From positions 459,498-523,497 of the forward strand of contig NW_013657670.1 in the NCBI RefSeq assembly GCF_000142905.1: 64,000 bases of DNA, in the 5' to 3' direction. The notes under the pieces were generated by a model. It searched no databases, was not told where the DNA came from, and saw only the letters and a program-made list of their open reading frames with translations. The position numbers and the translations under genes were made by a program. Origin of the DNA: Thecamonas trahens ATCC 50062 (taxonomy: Eukaryota; Protista; Apusomonadida). Within the stretch, counting starts at the first letter, position 1. Every line of letters begins with the position of its first letter. Positions 1 to 10,669 of the stretch are shown here, one piece after another.

Positions 1-336
1 CCGACCATCGACTCGCGGCTCATTGTGCGCGCGTTGACATTCCACCCCAAGTCGTGGAAGGTCTCGGGCCGGACGCCGCGGTACATCAAGCGGTTCCTCT
101 CGGAGCTCTCGCTCCACGGGCTGCGGCAGTTCTTGCGGCTCACGACCTCGCTCTTCACCGTCCCGTATGGCGGCTTTAAGAAGAAGCGCATCGTTATCCA
201 GCAGTCGAACCGGATCTTTGGCCACTCGTGCTCGTTTGCTCTCGAGCTTCCCGAGTTTGACCGGTACGAGGACTTGCGCAAGTCGCTCCTGCAGGCGCTA
301 GCCCAGGTCGAGGCTGCCGGGTTCTCTGATCGGTAA
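1..336 (+). CDS. HECT-type E3 ubiquitin ligase, C-terminal fragment (5' end outside window)
   Basis: Frame is open from base 1. The C-terminus 'LRQFLRLTTS...IFGHSCSFALELPEFDRYEDLRKSLLQALAQVEAAGF' resembles the HECT C-lobe (HTC-like catalytic Cys motif, LxLP, terminal GF). Confidence 0.65.
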   Translation, partial: PTIDSRLIVRALTFHPKSWKVSGRTPRYIKRFLSELSLHGLRQFLRLTTSLFTVPYGGFKKKRIVIQQSNRIFGHSCSFALELPEFDRYEDLRKSLLQALAQVEAAGFSDR

Positions 337-385
337 AAAGTGAAGGTTGTTGTGCAGTGTAGTGCGAGGCGTTCACTGGGCCGGG

Positions 386-2047
386 CTACAGGTGGAAGGG
401 CCGGTTGCGGTAGTCAGGCGCAGCGTGTGCCGGACGGCGGCCTGCAGCGGCCTGCGGCGGCGGGGCAAAGTTGGCCTGATTGGTGGTCTGGTACGGCGAG
501 TGCGCGGCGACGGGATGAGCAAGGAAGTTGCCCTCGGAGGAGGCCAGGGCAGAAGCGGCCGGGCGGGAGGCTGCGGAGGAGGTGGCCCAGGGCGGGGCCG
601 GGCCTGAGGAGCCGTACGGCTTGGGCTTGGGCTTGAACCCGGAGCGGAGATCCTCCGGGAGAAGGTTGACGTCGTTGGCATCCTTGAGGACGCCCTTGGG
701 CAGGTAGCCGAGGAGCTTGGAGGCGTGCTCCTTGATGAGGCGCTGGCGCTCCTCCTCGATGATGGCGGCGCGATAGGCCTCGAACTCGCGCTCCTGGGCG
801 CGGCGGTCGTGCTCTGCAGAGAGCTCGGCCTCGTAAGCTTCGCGGCGCTGGCGAATGAGCTCGTCGACTTCGCGGCGATGCTGGATCTGGCGCATGCGGC
901 GCTTGTTGGCGGCCATCTGCTCGAGCTTCTCGTCCTGGGCAAACTTCTCGAGCATGGCAGCGCGGAAGGCCTCCTCCTCGTCGCGGCGGGCCTGCGCTCT
1001 GCGGGCCTTGGCCTCCATCTGCTCCTTGTACGACGCCTGCATCTCGATGCGCTGGCGGATGCGCTTTTCCATCTCGGCGCGCTCGCGGGCACGGGCAGCA
1101 GCCTCCTGCTCCTCCCAATGGAGCTCCTGGCGGAGGTCTTCGAGCTCGCGGCGCGAGGCCTCCTGCTGGGCAATGGCGGCAGCCTGCTGCTCACGGACAC
1201 GCTCGCGGAGGGCGTCCTTGGCGCGACGGGTGGCCTCGAAGCGCGCCTTGCGTTCCTCTTGTTGCTTGACATATGCGGCGATTTCGACGTTCTCGGCCTC
1301 GATGCGTGCACGCTCGGCGGTCTTGATGGCCTCGCGCTGGCGCATAAACTCGTCGATGTACTCGCGGGTCTCGCGCTGCTTCTCCAGTCGCTCGCGGGCG
1401 GAAGCGTCGTCTTCGGCCTGGATCTTGGCGACGATCTCGTCGATCATGGCCTTCTCACGGAGGAACTCCTCATAGGCAGCCTCCTTGGCAGCCTCCTTGG
1501 CTTCGAGCTGCTCCTGCAGTGACTCGCGGTAGGCGGTGGCCTTGGCAGCGTTGGCGGCCATGCGGGCGTCCTCGTCGACAAAGGCGCGCTGCCACTCTTC
1601 CAGCAGCTGGCGGTCACGGGCTTGCTCCTCGGCGACCCGCTGCTGGAACATGAGCTCCTTCTCGGCCATCTGCGCCGCGCGCTCCTTGGTCAGATACGCG
1701 GCCTTGAGCCGCGACTGCAGCTCGCGGAGCTCCGCCGAGTCCTCGCGGATGAGCTGGCGGAGCTTGGCGTCTCTCAGTGCGTCGGCCTTGCGGCGCTCGA
1801 CCTCGTTGGCGAGCGCAACTTCTTCGGCACGTCGGCGAGCGGCGGCTTCACGAGCTGCACCAGTCCGCTCGACCTCGGCAGCCATCTGAGCCTCCTGCTG
1901 AGCCGCGCGCATCTCACGCATCCTCCGCTTGGCTTGGACACGATCGTTGGAGACATGGGCGCCAAACTCAATCCTGTCCGTTGCCAGATGAGAGTGCAGC
2001 TCTCCACGCCGAGTCTCAGCCATCCGCTCGCGCTCACGCATCCGCAT
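386..2047 (-). CDS. MNS1: Meiosis-specific nuclear structural protein 1 (MNS1; axonemal coiled-coil, TPH domain)
   Basis: ELRELQSRLKAAYLTKERAAQMAEK, EAAYEEFLREKAMIDEIV, MLEKFAQDEKLEQMAANKRRM and KEHASKLLGYLPKGV match MNS1 motifs. First in-frame ATG is at 2047. A possible CAG acceptor ending at 2069 suggests a small upstream exon. Confidence 0.93.
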   Translation of the reverse strand: MRMRERERMAETRRGELHSHLATDRIEFGAHVSNDRVQAKRRMREMRAAQQEAQMAAEVERTGAAREAAARRRAEEVALANEVERRKADALRDAKLRQLIREDSAELRELQSRLKAAYLTKERAAQMAEKELMFQQRVAEEQARDRQLLEEWQRAFVDEDARMAANAAKATAYRESLQEQLEAKEAAKEAAYEEFLREKAMIDEIVAKIQAEDDASARERLEKQRETREYIDEFMRQREAIKTAERARIEAENVEIAAYVKQQEERKARFEATRRAKDALRERVREQQAAAIAQQEASRRELEDLRQELHWEEQEAAARARERAEMEKRIRQRIEMQASYKEQMEAKARRAQARRDEEEAFRAAMLEKFAQDEKLEQMAANKRRMRQIQHRREVDELIRQRREAYEAELSAEHDRRAQEREFEAYRAAIIEEERQRLIKEHASKLLGYLPKGVLKDANDVNLLPEDLRSGFKPKPKPYGSSGPAPPWATSSAASRPAASALASSEGNFLAHPVAAHSPYQTTNQANFAPPPQAAAGRRPAHAAPDYRNRPFHL

Positions 2048-2702
2048 GTGGTGTCGCCGAGCAGACGCCTGCAGCAGATGGGGGCACGCTTGTGTGAGCG
2101 AGTGTGATTGAATGCATGTATGTAGTGATGGTGGTGGTGGTGGTGTGGTGGTGGTGGTGTGTGGTGTGTGTGGTGTCGGCGTGTGGTCGTCGTTGCTGGG
2201 CGTTGGCGCCTGGCCGACTAACTTTGGCCAATGGGCGACCACACAGGGTGGTGGTGGGGGGAAGGNNNNNNNNNNNNNNNNNNNNNNNNNNNNNNNNNNN
2301 NNNNNNNNNNNNNNNNNNNNNNNNNNNNNNNNNNNNNNNNNNNNNNNNNNNNNNNNNNNNNNNNNGCCCGGCTTATCGTGAACGACAGAGTGTCTCTATG
2401 GCGACTAGGAAGTCCCCAATGATCGGAGTCCGGGTGGATCTGTCGGGAGATGGGGCAGCAAGCGGCTAGGGCCGGCGGCGGGTCGGGCGGGTGGTTGGGC
2501 AGGCGGCGGGTCGGGCGGGTTGGGTGGCCGTTGAGCCATTCATTCATTTGTTGCCACTCATTCGTTGGTTTGGGGTTTTGGTGCCTTTGGAAGCCGGCAC
2601 CCAACTCTGTGACCACGCGTTGTCGAGTGGGTGTGATCTGGAAACTGCAATTATGGGCCTGGCAAGATATGGTGGTGGACGGGGCTTGGTTGGAATGGGG
2701 TG

Positions 2703-4184
2703 ATGGGAGTGGTGGTATGCTTGGCACTGGGCGTGTTGCCGTCGGTGGCGGCTCGACAGACATTGGACGGCAAATCGATCTCGTCGCGGTTCCTGGCCAT
2801 GGACGAGAAGGATGAGACGCATGCTGGCGATTATGCCATGTATCTGGCTGCGGTGGCGCTGCCTTTTCTTATTCTGGCGGTGCTCGAGTGCTTGACTATT
2901 CCAGTCTTCTCCTGTGGGCGATGCTGCGGATGCTGCGGTGGGCGGAAGCCGCGGCCGGGCCTCTGCTGCGGGCGCGGCAAGGTGCCCAAGCTCTACTCCA
3001 AGCTCGAGATCACCGGATCCAAGGTCATGGCTATGCTGGCGATTGTTGCACTTGCGGTGACAATGACCTTGGCGTACACGGCGAACAAGGAGGTGAGCGA
3101 TGGGACCAAGGAGGCGGTGGTGGCGCTGACCGGCAACATGCGCGGGGTGCTGAACGACGTGGTGTACGTCCGCGACACCCTCGTCTCGATCACCTACACC
3201 TCGTCTGACGGCGACGCCATGTCACCTGCGGTGGATGAGGGCCGAAACATTGACTCGCAGGGCCGCGACGTCGAGAAGCTCATCGATGACTTTGATCTCT
3301 ACCGTGCACTCGCGCTCAACCTCTCGTTTGCTATCCCAGCCGCGTTTCTTCTCCTCGGCACCATCTGCGGCATCTGCAACTTTCGCAAGTGCTCGATCCA
3401 CCTTGTCCTCGCCATGCTTGTATTCTTCGGCTGTGTGGTGCTCTGGATCTCGGTGGCTGTTCACTCTGTGGTTTTTCGGGTCACCGACGACCTGTGCGTC
3501 GAGATCGAGTCGCCCAACAACGTCAAGTCGCTGCGGGAGATTCTCGGATGCGCCGACAACTCGTCGAGCTCGTTTGACGTCCTTCGGGAGACGCAGGAGA
3601 AAGGCCAGGCCGCTGCTGTGGCTGCAGCCTGCTACGATCTGGTCGACCACCCGCAAGCGCTCTGTACCTCGCCAGGCGTCTCGGGCTGCCCGTCGTCCAC
3701 CTCGTGCTCGGCAAGCAATGTGTTTATTTTCGAGCGCGACGTGCGCATCGGTGTCGCTGGTTACAACATCTCACAGTGCGCCGAGCTCTGCGCTGATGGA
3801 AGCAACGAGAAGGAGCGGTCCGTGGTTATCGCGGGTGCGTTGCGCGACCATCGCAAGTACGAGTCGGTTTCAGCCGTCATCGGAAACTTGCTGCAGTGCA
3901 ACTACGTCGATCGCGCTATTGCCCAGTTCTCGGCCGGCCTCTGCTCGACACTCACCTCTGGCTTGCAAGGCATTGCACAGACGCAGATCGCGGCGGGTGT
4001 CCTGCTGTCGCTCGGCGGCGTGGTCCTCATTCTCGGCCAGAAGCGGTTCCTCCCGACGTCATCGTCCAAGGAGGCGCTGGGCGCAGTGGTGGCGGCCGGC
4101 GCGGCCGGCGGCGCTATGACCGCCATCGTTGCCAAGGACGGATGGGGCAAGGACGACGGAGAGTACTCGTACTACGACGATTAG
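2703..4184 (+). CDS. Tweety/prominin-like multipass membrane protein
   Basis: Signal peptide and about 5 TM segments. Cys-rich stretch after TM1 (RCCGCC). 'W...VH...TDDLC' follows TM4 and 'LLQC...GLC...GL' precedes the last TM, as in Tweety homologues. Confidence 0.6.
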   Translation: MGVVVCLALGVLPSVAARQTLDGKSISSRFLAMDEKDETHAGDYAMYLAAVALPFLILAVLECLTIPVFSCGRCCGCCGGRKPRPGLCCGRGKVPKLYSKLEITGSKVMAMLAIVALAVTMTLAYTANKEVSDGTKEAVVALTGNMRGVLNDVVYVRDTLVSITYTSSDGDAMSPAVDEGRNIDSQGRDVEKLIDDFDLYRALALNLSFAIPAAFLLLGTICGICNFRKCSIHLVLAMLVFFGCVVLWISVAVHSVVFRVTDDLCVEIESPNNVKSLREILGCADNSSSSFDVLRETQEKGQAAAVAAACYDLVDHPQALCTSPGVSGCPSSTSCSASNVFIFERDVRIGVAGYNISQCAELCADGSNEKERSVVIAGALRDHRKYESVSAVIGNLLQCNYVDRAIAQFSAGLCSTLTSGLQGIAQTQIAAGVLLSLGGVVLILGQKRFLPTSSSKEALGAVVAAGAAGGAMTAIVAKDGWGKDDGEYSYYDD

Positions 4185-4321
4185 CCGTCTGTGTCGTAGT
4201 GTTGCGGGCGGTGGGGGAAGAAGGGGGTGGCTGACAACTCCACCACCCAATGCACTGCGAGCAAGGGCAGAGCAATAGATAATCAAAGATGCGTTTGTTT
4301 CTGCAGAGGACACGCACGCGA

Positions 4322-6207
4322 TCAGCCGCGCCAGTTGAGTGCGTCCGCAAACCAGTGCGCGTGCTGGGCCGAGGCGTCGGCGGCAGTCTTTGCGAGGGCG
4401 GCAATGACCATGCGGTTGGCCTCCCAGAACGAGACTGAGACTAGCGGGATGCCGTGCTTCTCAAACATGGGCTTGATCCGCTCGCGGATGTGGGTGAGGC
4501 GGTGGCGCGGGATGCGCGGGAACAGGTGGTGCTCAAGCTGGTACTGCAGGCCGCCGTGGAACCAGTGGGTGAGCCAGTTGGAGTCGACGTCCATCGAGGT
4601 CAGCGCCTGGGCCCGCACAAAGTCACCCGCAAACGGCTCGACCGACGGGTCCTCGTAAAGCTCCATGGCAAAGTGCGAGAGCGTGATCTGGACGTGCAGG
4701 ATGCCGGCAAAGCCGTGCGAGATAGCCAGCCAGAGGAAGCGATGCCAGGCGGAGGAGAGGCCGTAGGTGACAAAGGCCACGTTCCACGCCAGGAAGGCAC
4801 CCAGCGATGCCATCTCCAGCCAGCGGTACTCCATCGCCGGCTCGGCAATGAGGATGAGCCACGACTGCAGGTAGAGGTTGAACCGCGCCACAGCCATGAT
4901 CGGGTAGTAGAGCCAGGCCTGGATGCGGACAAAGATGTTGGCGATGCCATCGTACGGCATGAACCGCGAGTGGTACGTCGAGAAAATGCCCTTGAGGTGC
5001 GACTCTGAAAGGCCAAAGATGGGCAGGTGCTGGATGTCCGGATCGTGGGTGACCGAGTTGGTGAAGACATGGTGCACGTTGTGCGACCGCTTCCACCACC
5101 CGGACGAGATTCCGCCGAGCGCCCCACCAAAGACAATCGAGAAGATGTAGTCGATCTTGCGGTTGTGCGTCACGCCATTGTGGCAGAGGTCATGACCCAT
5201 AAAGGCGTACTGCTGAAAGAAGAGGCCGAGCGCAAGCGCGCCGCATGCTACCGCCCAGTCCGGCGACGCAAAGTCGTGCGCATGCCACCCGATCCACAGT
5301 GCCGCCGCCAGGAGGAGGTATGCTGCCACCAGCTTGGCCGCAAAGTACGGCAGGAACGAGTCGTAGAGGCCCTCGGCAAGGAACGCCTCGTGCAGCGCCT
5401 TGTAGTCCTTGGAGAGCTCCGACGGCTCGGCATCGACCACCACGCCCTTCATGAACCGCGCCAGCCGTCCGCGCACATCCTCTGGATGAAAGACTCGGAA
5501 CGCGTCAGACATGTCTAATCGCCATCGCCCGTACCGACCGCGTGAGTCTCTGCGCCAATCTCGTCGACTGCTCCAAAATGCGGCACTGCCTCACTGCCCG
5601 ACGCGCCCGCACCACCTGCTGAGCCCTAGCGCGGCGCGGCATGAAGCCACACCGACCAAAACCCGACAGAGGCAGACACCACAACATGGCCACCCATGAA
5701 CGCGAGTTAAAGCGTCGGCGCGGTAGTGTTCCTCGCGCGCGGGGTGATGGCAAGCAGCCAGGCACACGAGCTACGTTTGCCAAAATGAGCGGCTGACCGC
5801 AGCCGTTGCCTGCGGAGGGTCATGTGGCGAGGGAGGAGGGAGGAATGGGGTAAAGTGTGGTATGGCCATCTGTGGAGCAAGACCAAGGAAAGTATGCTAT
5901 AGTCCCATGGCTGTGGTTGGCAGGAGTGACTGTGGCTGGTGCCTGGGGAGGTGGGAAGGGTACACGTGGCAGGGCGGAATTTGGGATGGGCAGCAGCGGG
6001 CACAGGGTGGGGGAAGGGGGGGGAGGGGGGCGTACCTTGGCCCATGGAGTTCCGGAGGATGATCTCACCGCCAGGGTGGAGATGCTTCCACTTGGTCACG
6101 TCATACACGTGGCCGTCGATGACGATCAGAAGTCGTCCGTCGCGGAGGCATTCATGCGCTACCTCGGACATGGTGTACTCGCGGAGAGACCGCTCGGCGC
6201 CGACCAT
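4322..6207 (-). CDS. Cytochrome b5-fused front-end desaturase, sphingolipid Delta8-desaturase-like; exons 6207-6036 and 5514-4322
   Basis: Exon 1 carries the cyt b5 motif VYDVTKW..HPGG. A GT(6035)..AG(5515) intron joins MGQ-D-MSDAFRVFH in frame. His boxes HDLCH, HNVHH and QLEHH are present. WWKRSHNVHH..TN...DPDIQHLP is typical of Delta8 sphingolipid desaturases. Confidence 0.88.
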
Positions 6208-6451
6208 TGGAAGGAGTGGACGACAGAGGAGTGTGATTGGTTGACGATGGGATGGGCGGAGGTGTAAATGCGCGTAGTCGGATGGGTCATGTTGGGTCAG
6301 AGGAAGGGGAGGGAGGGAGGGGGGGGGGATGAGGTTGATGTGTATGGATGCGGGGACATGTGTTTGTGTTGTGTGTGGGATGGGTATCGAGATTGGCGAG
6401 CGTGGGGATGCATGCCGAAGATTAGTGTCCGGAGACTGTAGAGGACATCGA

Positions 6452-6534
6452 GCGCGATGGGCATGATGGGCGCGACGGGCACGATGGGCGTGACGGGCAC
6501 GATGGGCGTGACGGGCACGATGGGCGCGACGGGC
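6452..6534. repeat. 9/18-bp tandem repeat (gggcRYgaY)n
   Basis: gggcacgatgggcgtgac is repeated about 4.5 times upstream of the desaturase gene. Confidence 0.8.
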
Positions 6535-6769
6535 GGGCGGGTGCAACGGGTAGACGCCTAGGCGACATACGTGTCGGGATGCTTGCGNNNNNNNNNNNNN
6601 NNNNNNNNNNNNNNNNNNNNNNNNNNNNNNNNNNNNNNNNNNNNNNNNNNNNNNNNNNNNNNNNNNNNNNNNNNNNNNNNNNNNNNNGGGGGGGGCGGCG
6701 AAAGGCAGCCGCCGATCAATTGGATGGGGGTGGGCTTGGGTGGGTGTATGGATGGAAGGGATGGAGTAG

Positions 6770-9700
6770 CTACGATGCAGCAGAGTTGATGGCCGAGACC
6801 CATTCGACTTGATCGGCGGCAGAGGTGGTGAGGAACTCGTAGATGCGGAGGGTGGGGTGGTCGAGCTTGACGGCGGGCTTCTTGCCGATCGACGACGGAT
6901 GTGCGACGTAGCCGCGGAGCCAGACAATGCCCACAGGTTCGGCATCCGAGTCCTTCTTGTAGTAGAACAGGTGGTTCTGGTCCACAACAACAAAGCGCGA
7001 CTGCCACCGTGACAATGCGCCCTTCTTCCTGAGCACACCGACGCGAACAGGGTTCGAGAACGAGTGCGCCGACGGGAGCGGGAACGAGACTGGGAGTGGG
7101 ACATTGGTCGAGATAGTGGTGTAGACCTCCTCCCCAGAATCGGCATCGCCCCGCTCGGTCCACATCGTCTGCCGCTTCCGTGCCTTGGACGCTTTCGGCA
7201 GTCCGTCAACGCTGGTGTGGTCATCTGCGTCGTGAGCGGCGCTGTTGGTGGCGTCGTTGGTGGCGTCGTCGCCCGCATCCAAAGAGCTCGACGAAGGCGG
7301 TGCGGCAGCATCGGCCAGCTCGTGGGTGCCCGACTCCGAGTCACTCTCCGGCGCCAAATGGTCCGCGTCGCACGCTGCAGACTCGACGGCAGCAGCATCC
7401 ACTGCGGCTTGCTCGGCCTCGTCGAGCTCGTCATCGATGGCATGCTTGCGCCGGCTACTCGCACCGCCGCCGGCAAGCACCTGCTCGTACGACAGCGCCT
7501 CGGACTCATCCATGACTTCTTCAGTGAGCGAGTCGAGGAGAGTCGCCGAGTCCGGGACCTCCATCGACGCCGAGGCTTCGGTGAGCCTGCGGACAATCTC
7601 GGTTAGCGAGTCGACCTGGGTCTGCAGCGAGGCGTATTCGGCGCGAGAGAGGGCAAGCGCGTTCTCGAGCACACCGACGCGGTCCTTCAGCTCGTCGTTC
7701 TCGTCCTGCAAGACCGCCAGCGACGGCGGCTGGCGCTTGACCCGCGGTTCGATTTTGAGCGAGAGGGCGTAGGCCTCGTCGTCGCTGAGACAGGCCTCCA
7801 TGAGGGTGCGCAGGTGGGTCTGGAGGCCGCGGACAGGCACAACAAAATTGTAGCCAGCAGGCTTCTGGTACCGTGCAATGGTAAGCAAGACCTTGTAGAC
7901 GACGCGGAACTTCTGGACGTGGATGAGCGGCGGGTCGTGGACAAGCGACGGGTTGCCGTCGTAGGCAAAGGTCAGGTCCGAGAGGAACATACCGAGATAG
8001 GGGACGCAGGGCGGAGCCGACTCGGCGAGCGCCTTGCGATACATCTTGTAGTTGGCGTTATGGGAGAGCATAACCTTCATCTGCTGCAGATGCGCCATGG
8101 TCTTGCGCCGCTTGCCCAGCAGCTCCCACGTGGCTTTGAGCCGATGAACCGGCGACGCGTTGAGGCCGGAGAGCACCGCCATAGCGAGCGAAAAGTTGGA
8201 GAACTCGACAAGGGCAGCGGTGGCGACGAGGATAAAGTGTTCGGCGGTAGCAACGCGCGCAGAGAGCTCCGATGCGCCCAAGATGGTGTCGCGAACCAGG
8301 CACGAGACGTGGTTGAACGAGGCGATGAGGGCGGCGACGTTGGGCGCGTTGATCTCGCGCGCGTCTTTGGAGAACCGCAAGTTGAGCAGCTCGCTCCGCT
8401 CGACGAGCATGTAGCGCGAGTACTCGACAAGCGTGAGCTGGCGGGCAAGCTCGAGCGGGTCGATGTCGGTCAGCGCCATACCTGCGGGCATGGTCTCGGC
8501 GACAAGAGTGAGGCCTGTGGGAAGGATCGGCGCGTTAGGGTCAGCCTCGCCTCGCGAGGTGAGCGAGCCGGTCTGCTTGCGGCGCCAGCGGGTGTCGGGC
8601 GAAGATCCACTCTTGGGTGAGGTTCCACCCGAGTTGGCTCGCGCTGTCCGACTTTCATCGGCAATCGAGAGCGAGCGCGCCGAATGGAAGCGACGAACCA
8701 TGCCGGCCGACGAGTCTGTTGAGGGTGTGTCGAGCGAGCGGAGGAGCGAGGACGCGACACGGGCAAGGCCGGGGCCGTGGCAACCACCGCCGGCGACCTC
8801 GCGGAGAAAATCCCGCAACAGGACAGCTGCCGGCGAGGCTGAGGGAACCTCGACGGCCGGCGCTTCCCACGGCTCACCGACGCGGGTGGCGCCGAACCAG
8901 CCGTCCTCGAGCTGAATCCATTTCTTGAGGATGCGGAGGACGCGGATGCGAATGAGGGCAAGGTGCTCTCGATGGCGGGCGGCGGCCGAGGCGGCGGCCT
9001 CGGATGAGACGCGCGAGACGGTGCGGCCGCCCTTGGCGCGGATGCGGGATGCAGCAGCCGAGGCGGCGGCAGCGACTTTGGGGCTCGCGCCTGTCACGGC
9101 ATCGGTGGTGGCAAGCGACGACGATGCAGCGCTGTCGTCTGCATTGACGTCCGAGGTTGGTGGTGAGGGTGAAGCCGAGGCCGAGCCCGAGGCCGAGTCA
9201 CCGGATGGAGTCGAGTCGCCCGAGTCGATGCCTGCTGCGTCGGGGCAGCGGCATTAGACGGAGCCTCGAGCGCAGCCTCGCGGTCGAAGGTCCGTTGGTA
9301 GCGGGCAATGAGGGTGGTCACGACTTGTGAGGCGGTGGAAAACGCGGATAAGTGTAGAGAACAATGTTGACGAGCTCGTCGTCCGGTGACTGCGGGTGGG
9401 TCATGCGGGTGACGAGCGCCTTGAGGGTGCCGGCCATGACCGGTGGAAAGGCAGCGTCGGGCTCTAGGACACCGAAGCGGATCGACGGCGAGTCTTTGAG
9501 GTGCGAGGGAAGGAGAGCCTGGGCGTCGAGCTCGTCGACAAAGATAGGCGTCTCAGTGTTGTAGGCAAACGAGCGGTAGACGTCGGCGTTGAGCTTGTAC
9601 CGCGGCTGCATGACCGAGGCCTTGAACGAGGTGCGCAGAAAGTAGGGGTTAAACACGTAGTACGATTCCTTAGATGAGGAGAAGACCTTGATGTGGGTGT

Positions 9701-10418
9701 TGTCAATGATGTTGACATCAAGAAGAAACTGGGCCATGGCCTTGGCCTTGTTGCGGACGCGGCCGGTAGCAATGACGTGCCTTACGAGCCACCTCACAAA
9801 GGCATGGCCGGAGAACGACTTGACCGACTTTGCCGACGACGGAATGGGCCCGAGAACCGAGAGGTGGAACTTACGGATGACCTTGAACCAGTCAAAGGAG
9901 GAGAGGACCTGGGAATCGGCATCCTCGCCGGTCAGCTTGCGGGCGCGCACAAACTTGGAGACGGCCTTGCTCGCCTCGGGTGACTGGATGGCGACGACAG
10001 TGACGGAAAAGTAGCCATTGAACCTACCGGGCTTGTCGTCACAGATGAGCTCGCCTGTGTAGCTACACGGCTGGTCCCGGACAACGAGTGGGCGAAGATT
10101 GATGTTGATCTCTCCGATGAGATCCTGATCCTCTAGATTGTCGGTCTGCTTGTCGATGTCCCACACCACAAACTTGGCCTCCATGTTGGGCTTGACGGGC
10201 ACCAGAAAGGTAGTGCGCCAGGTCGGATTGAGATCATCACGCACTTCCTCTGTCCGTCCCACCTCGACCCACTTGCCTGTGGTGGATGATGCCATGTACA
10301 TGTACGCCACAGGATCCGAGAGCGAAAACGTGTCCAGATTGACGAGCTCGCTCCCGCGGACATACACCTCGGCCCACAGCGGGGCGCGGTGGAGGGCAAA
10401 CGACTCCCGCGAGGTCAT
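6770..10418 (-). CDS. Ras guanine-nucleotide exchange factor: C2-DEP-REM-CDC25-coiled coil-PH (two apparent frameshifts at ~9340 and ~9243)
   Basis: Copine-type C2 (NLDTFSLSDP..GRTEEVRDDLNPTW..VWDID), DEP (FSGHAFVRWL..AQFLLD..YYVF), REM (AGTLKALVTRM), CDC25 (PLELARQLTLVE, NFS..A..SGL, PCVPYLGMFLSDL) and a C-terminal PH (GVLRKKG..WQSRF..WVSAI). The three ORF pieces join if one base is added in each of two homopolymers. Confidence 0.85.
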
Positions 10419-10669
10419 TCTGGCTTGCTTCCGTCTCTGACGTGCACACCAGTCCTTGGTCGCCCTGCTACAGGTAACGCTGGGGCAGTGGGCGTCTGGT
10501 TGGCTTTCGTCAGGGTCTTTGGTCGGGAGGGGTATGTGGCTCCGCTGGTAGTCGAGGCTGACCTGTTCCGAGAACGTAACGTTGCCAGGTGCGGGGGGTG
10601 AAGCGTGTCCCGGCTAATATTTTTTTTTGGGATTACCGCCAGGTTGCCCTTTACCGACTCGTGCGAGGG

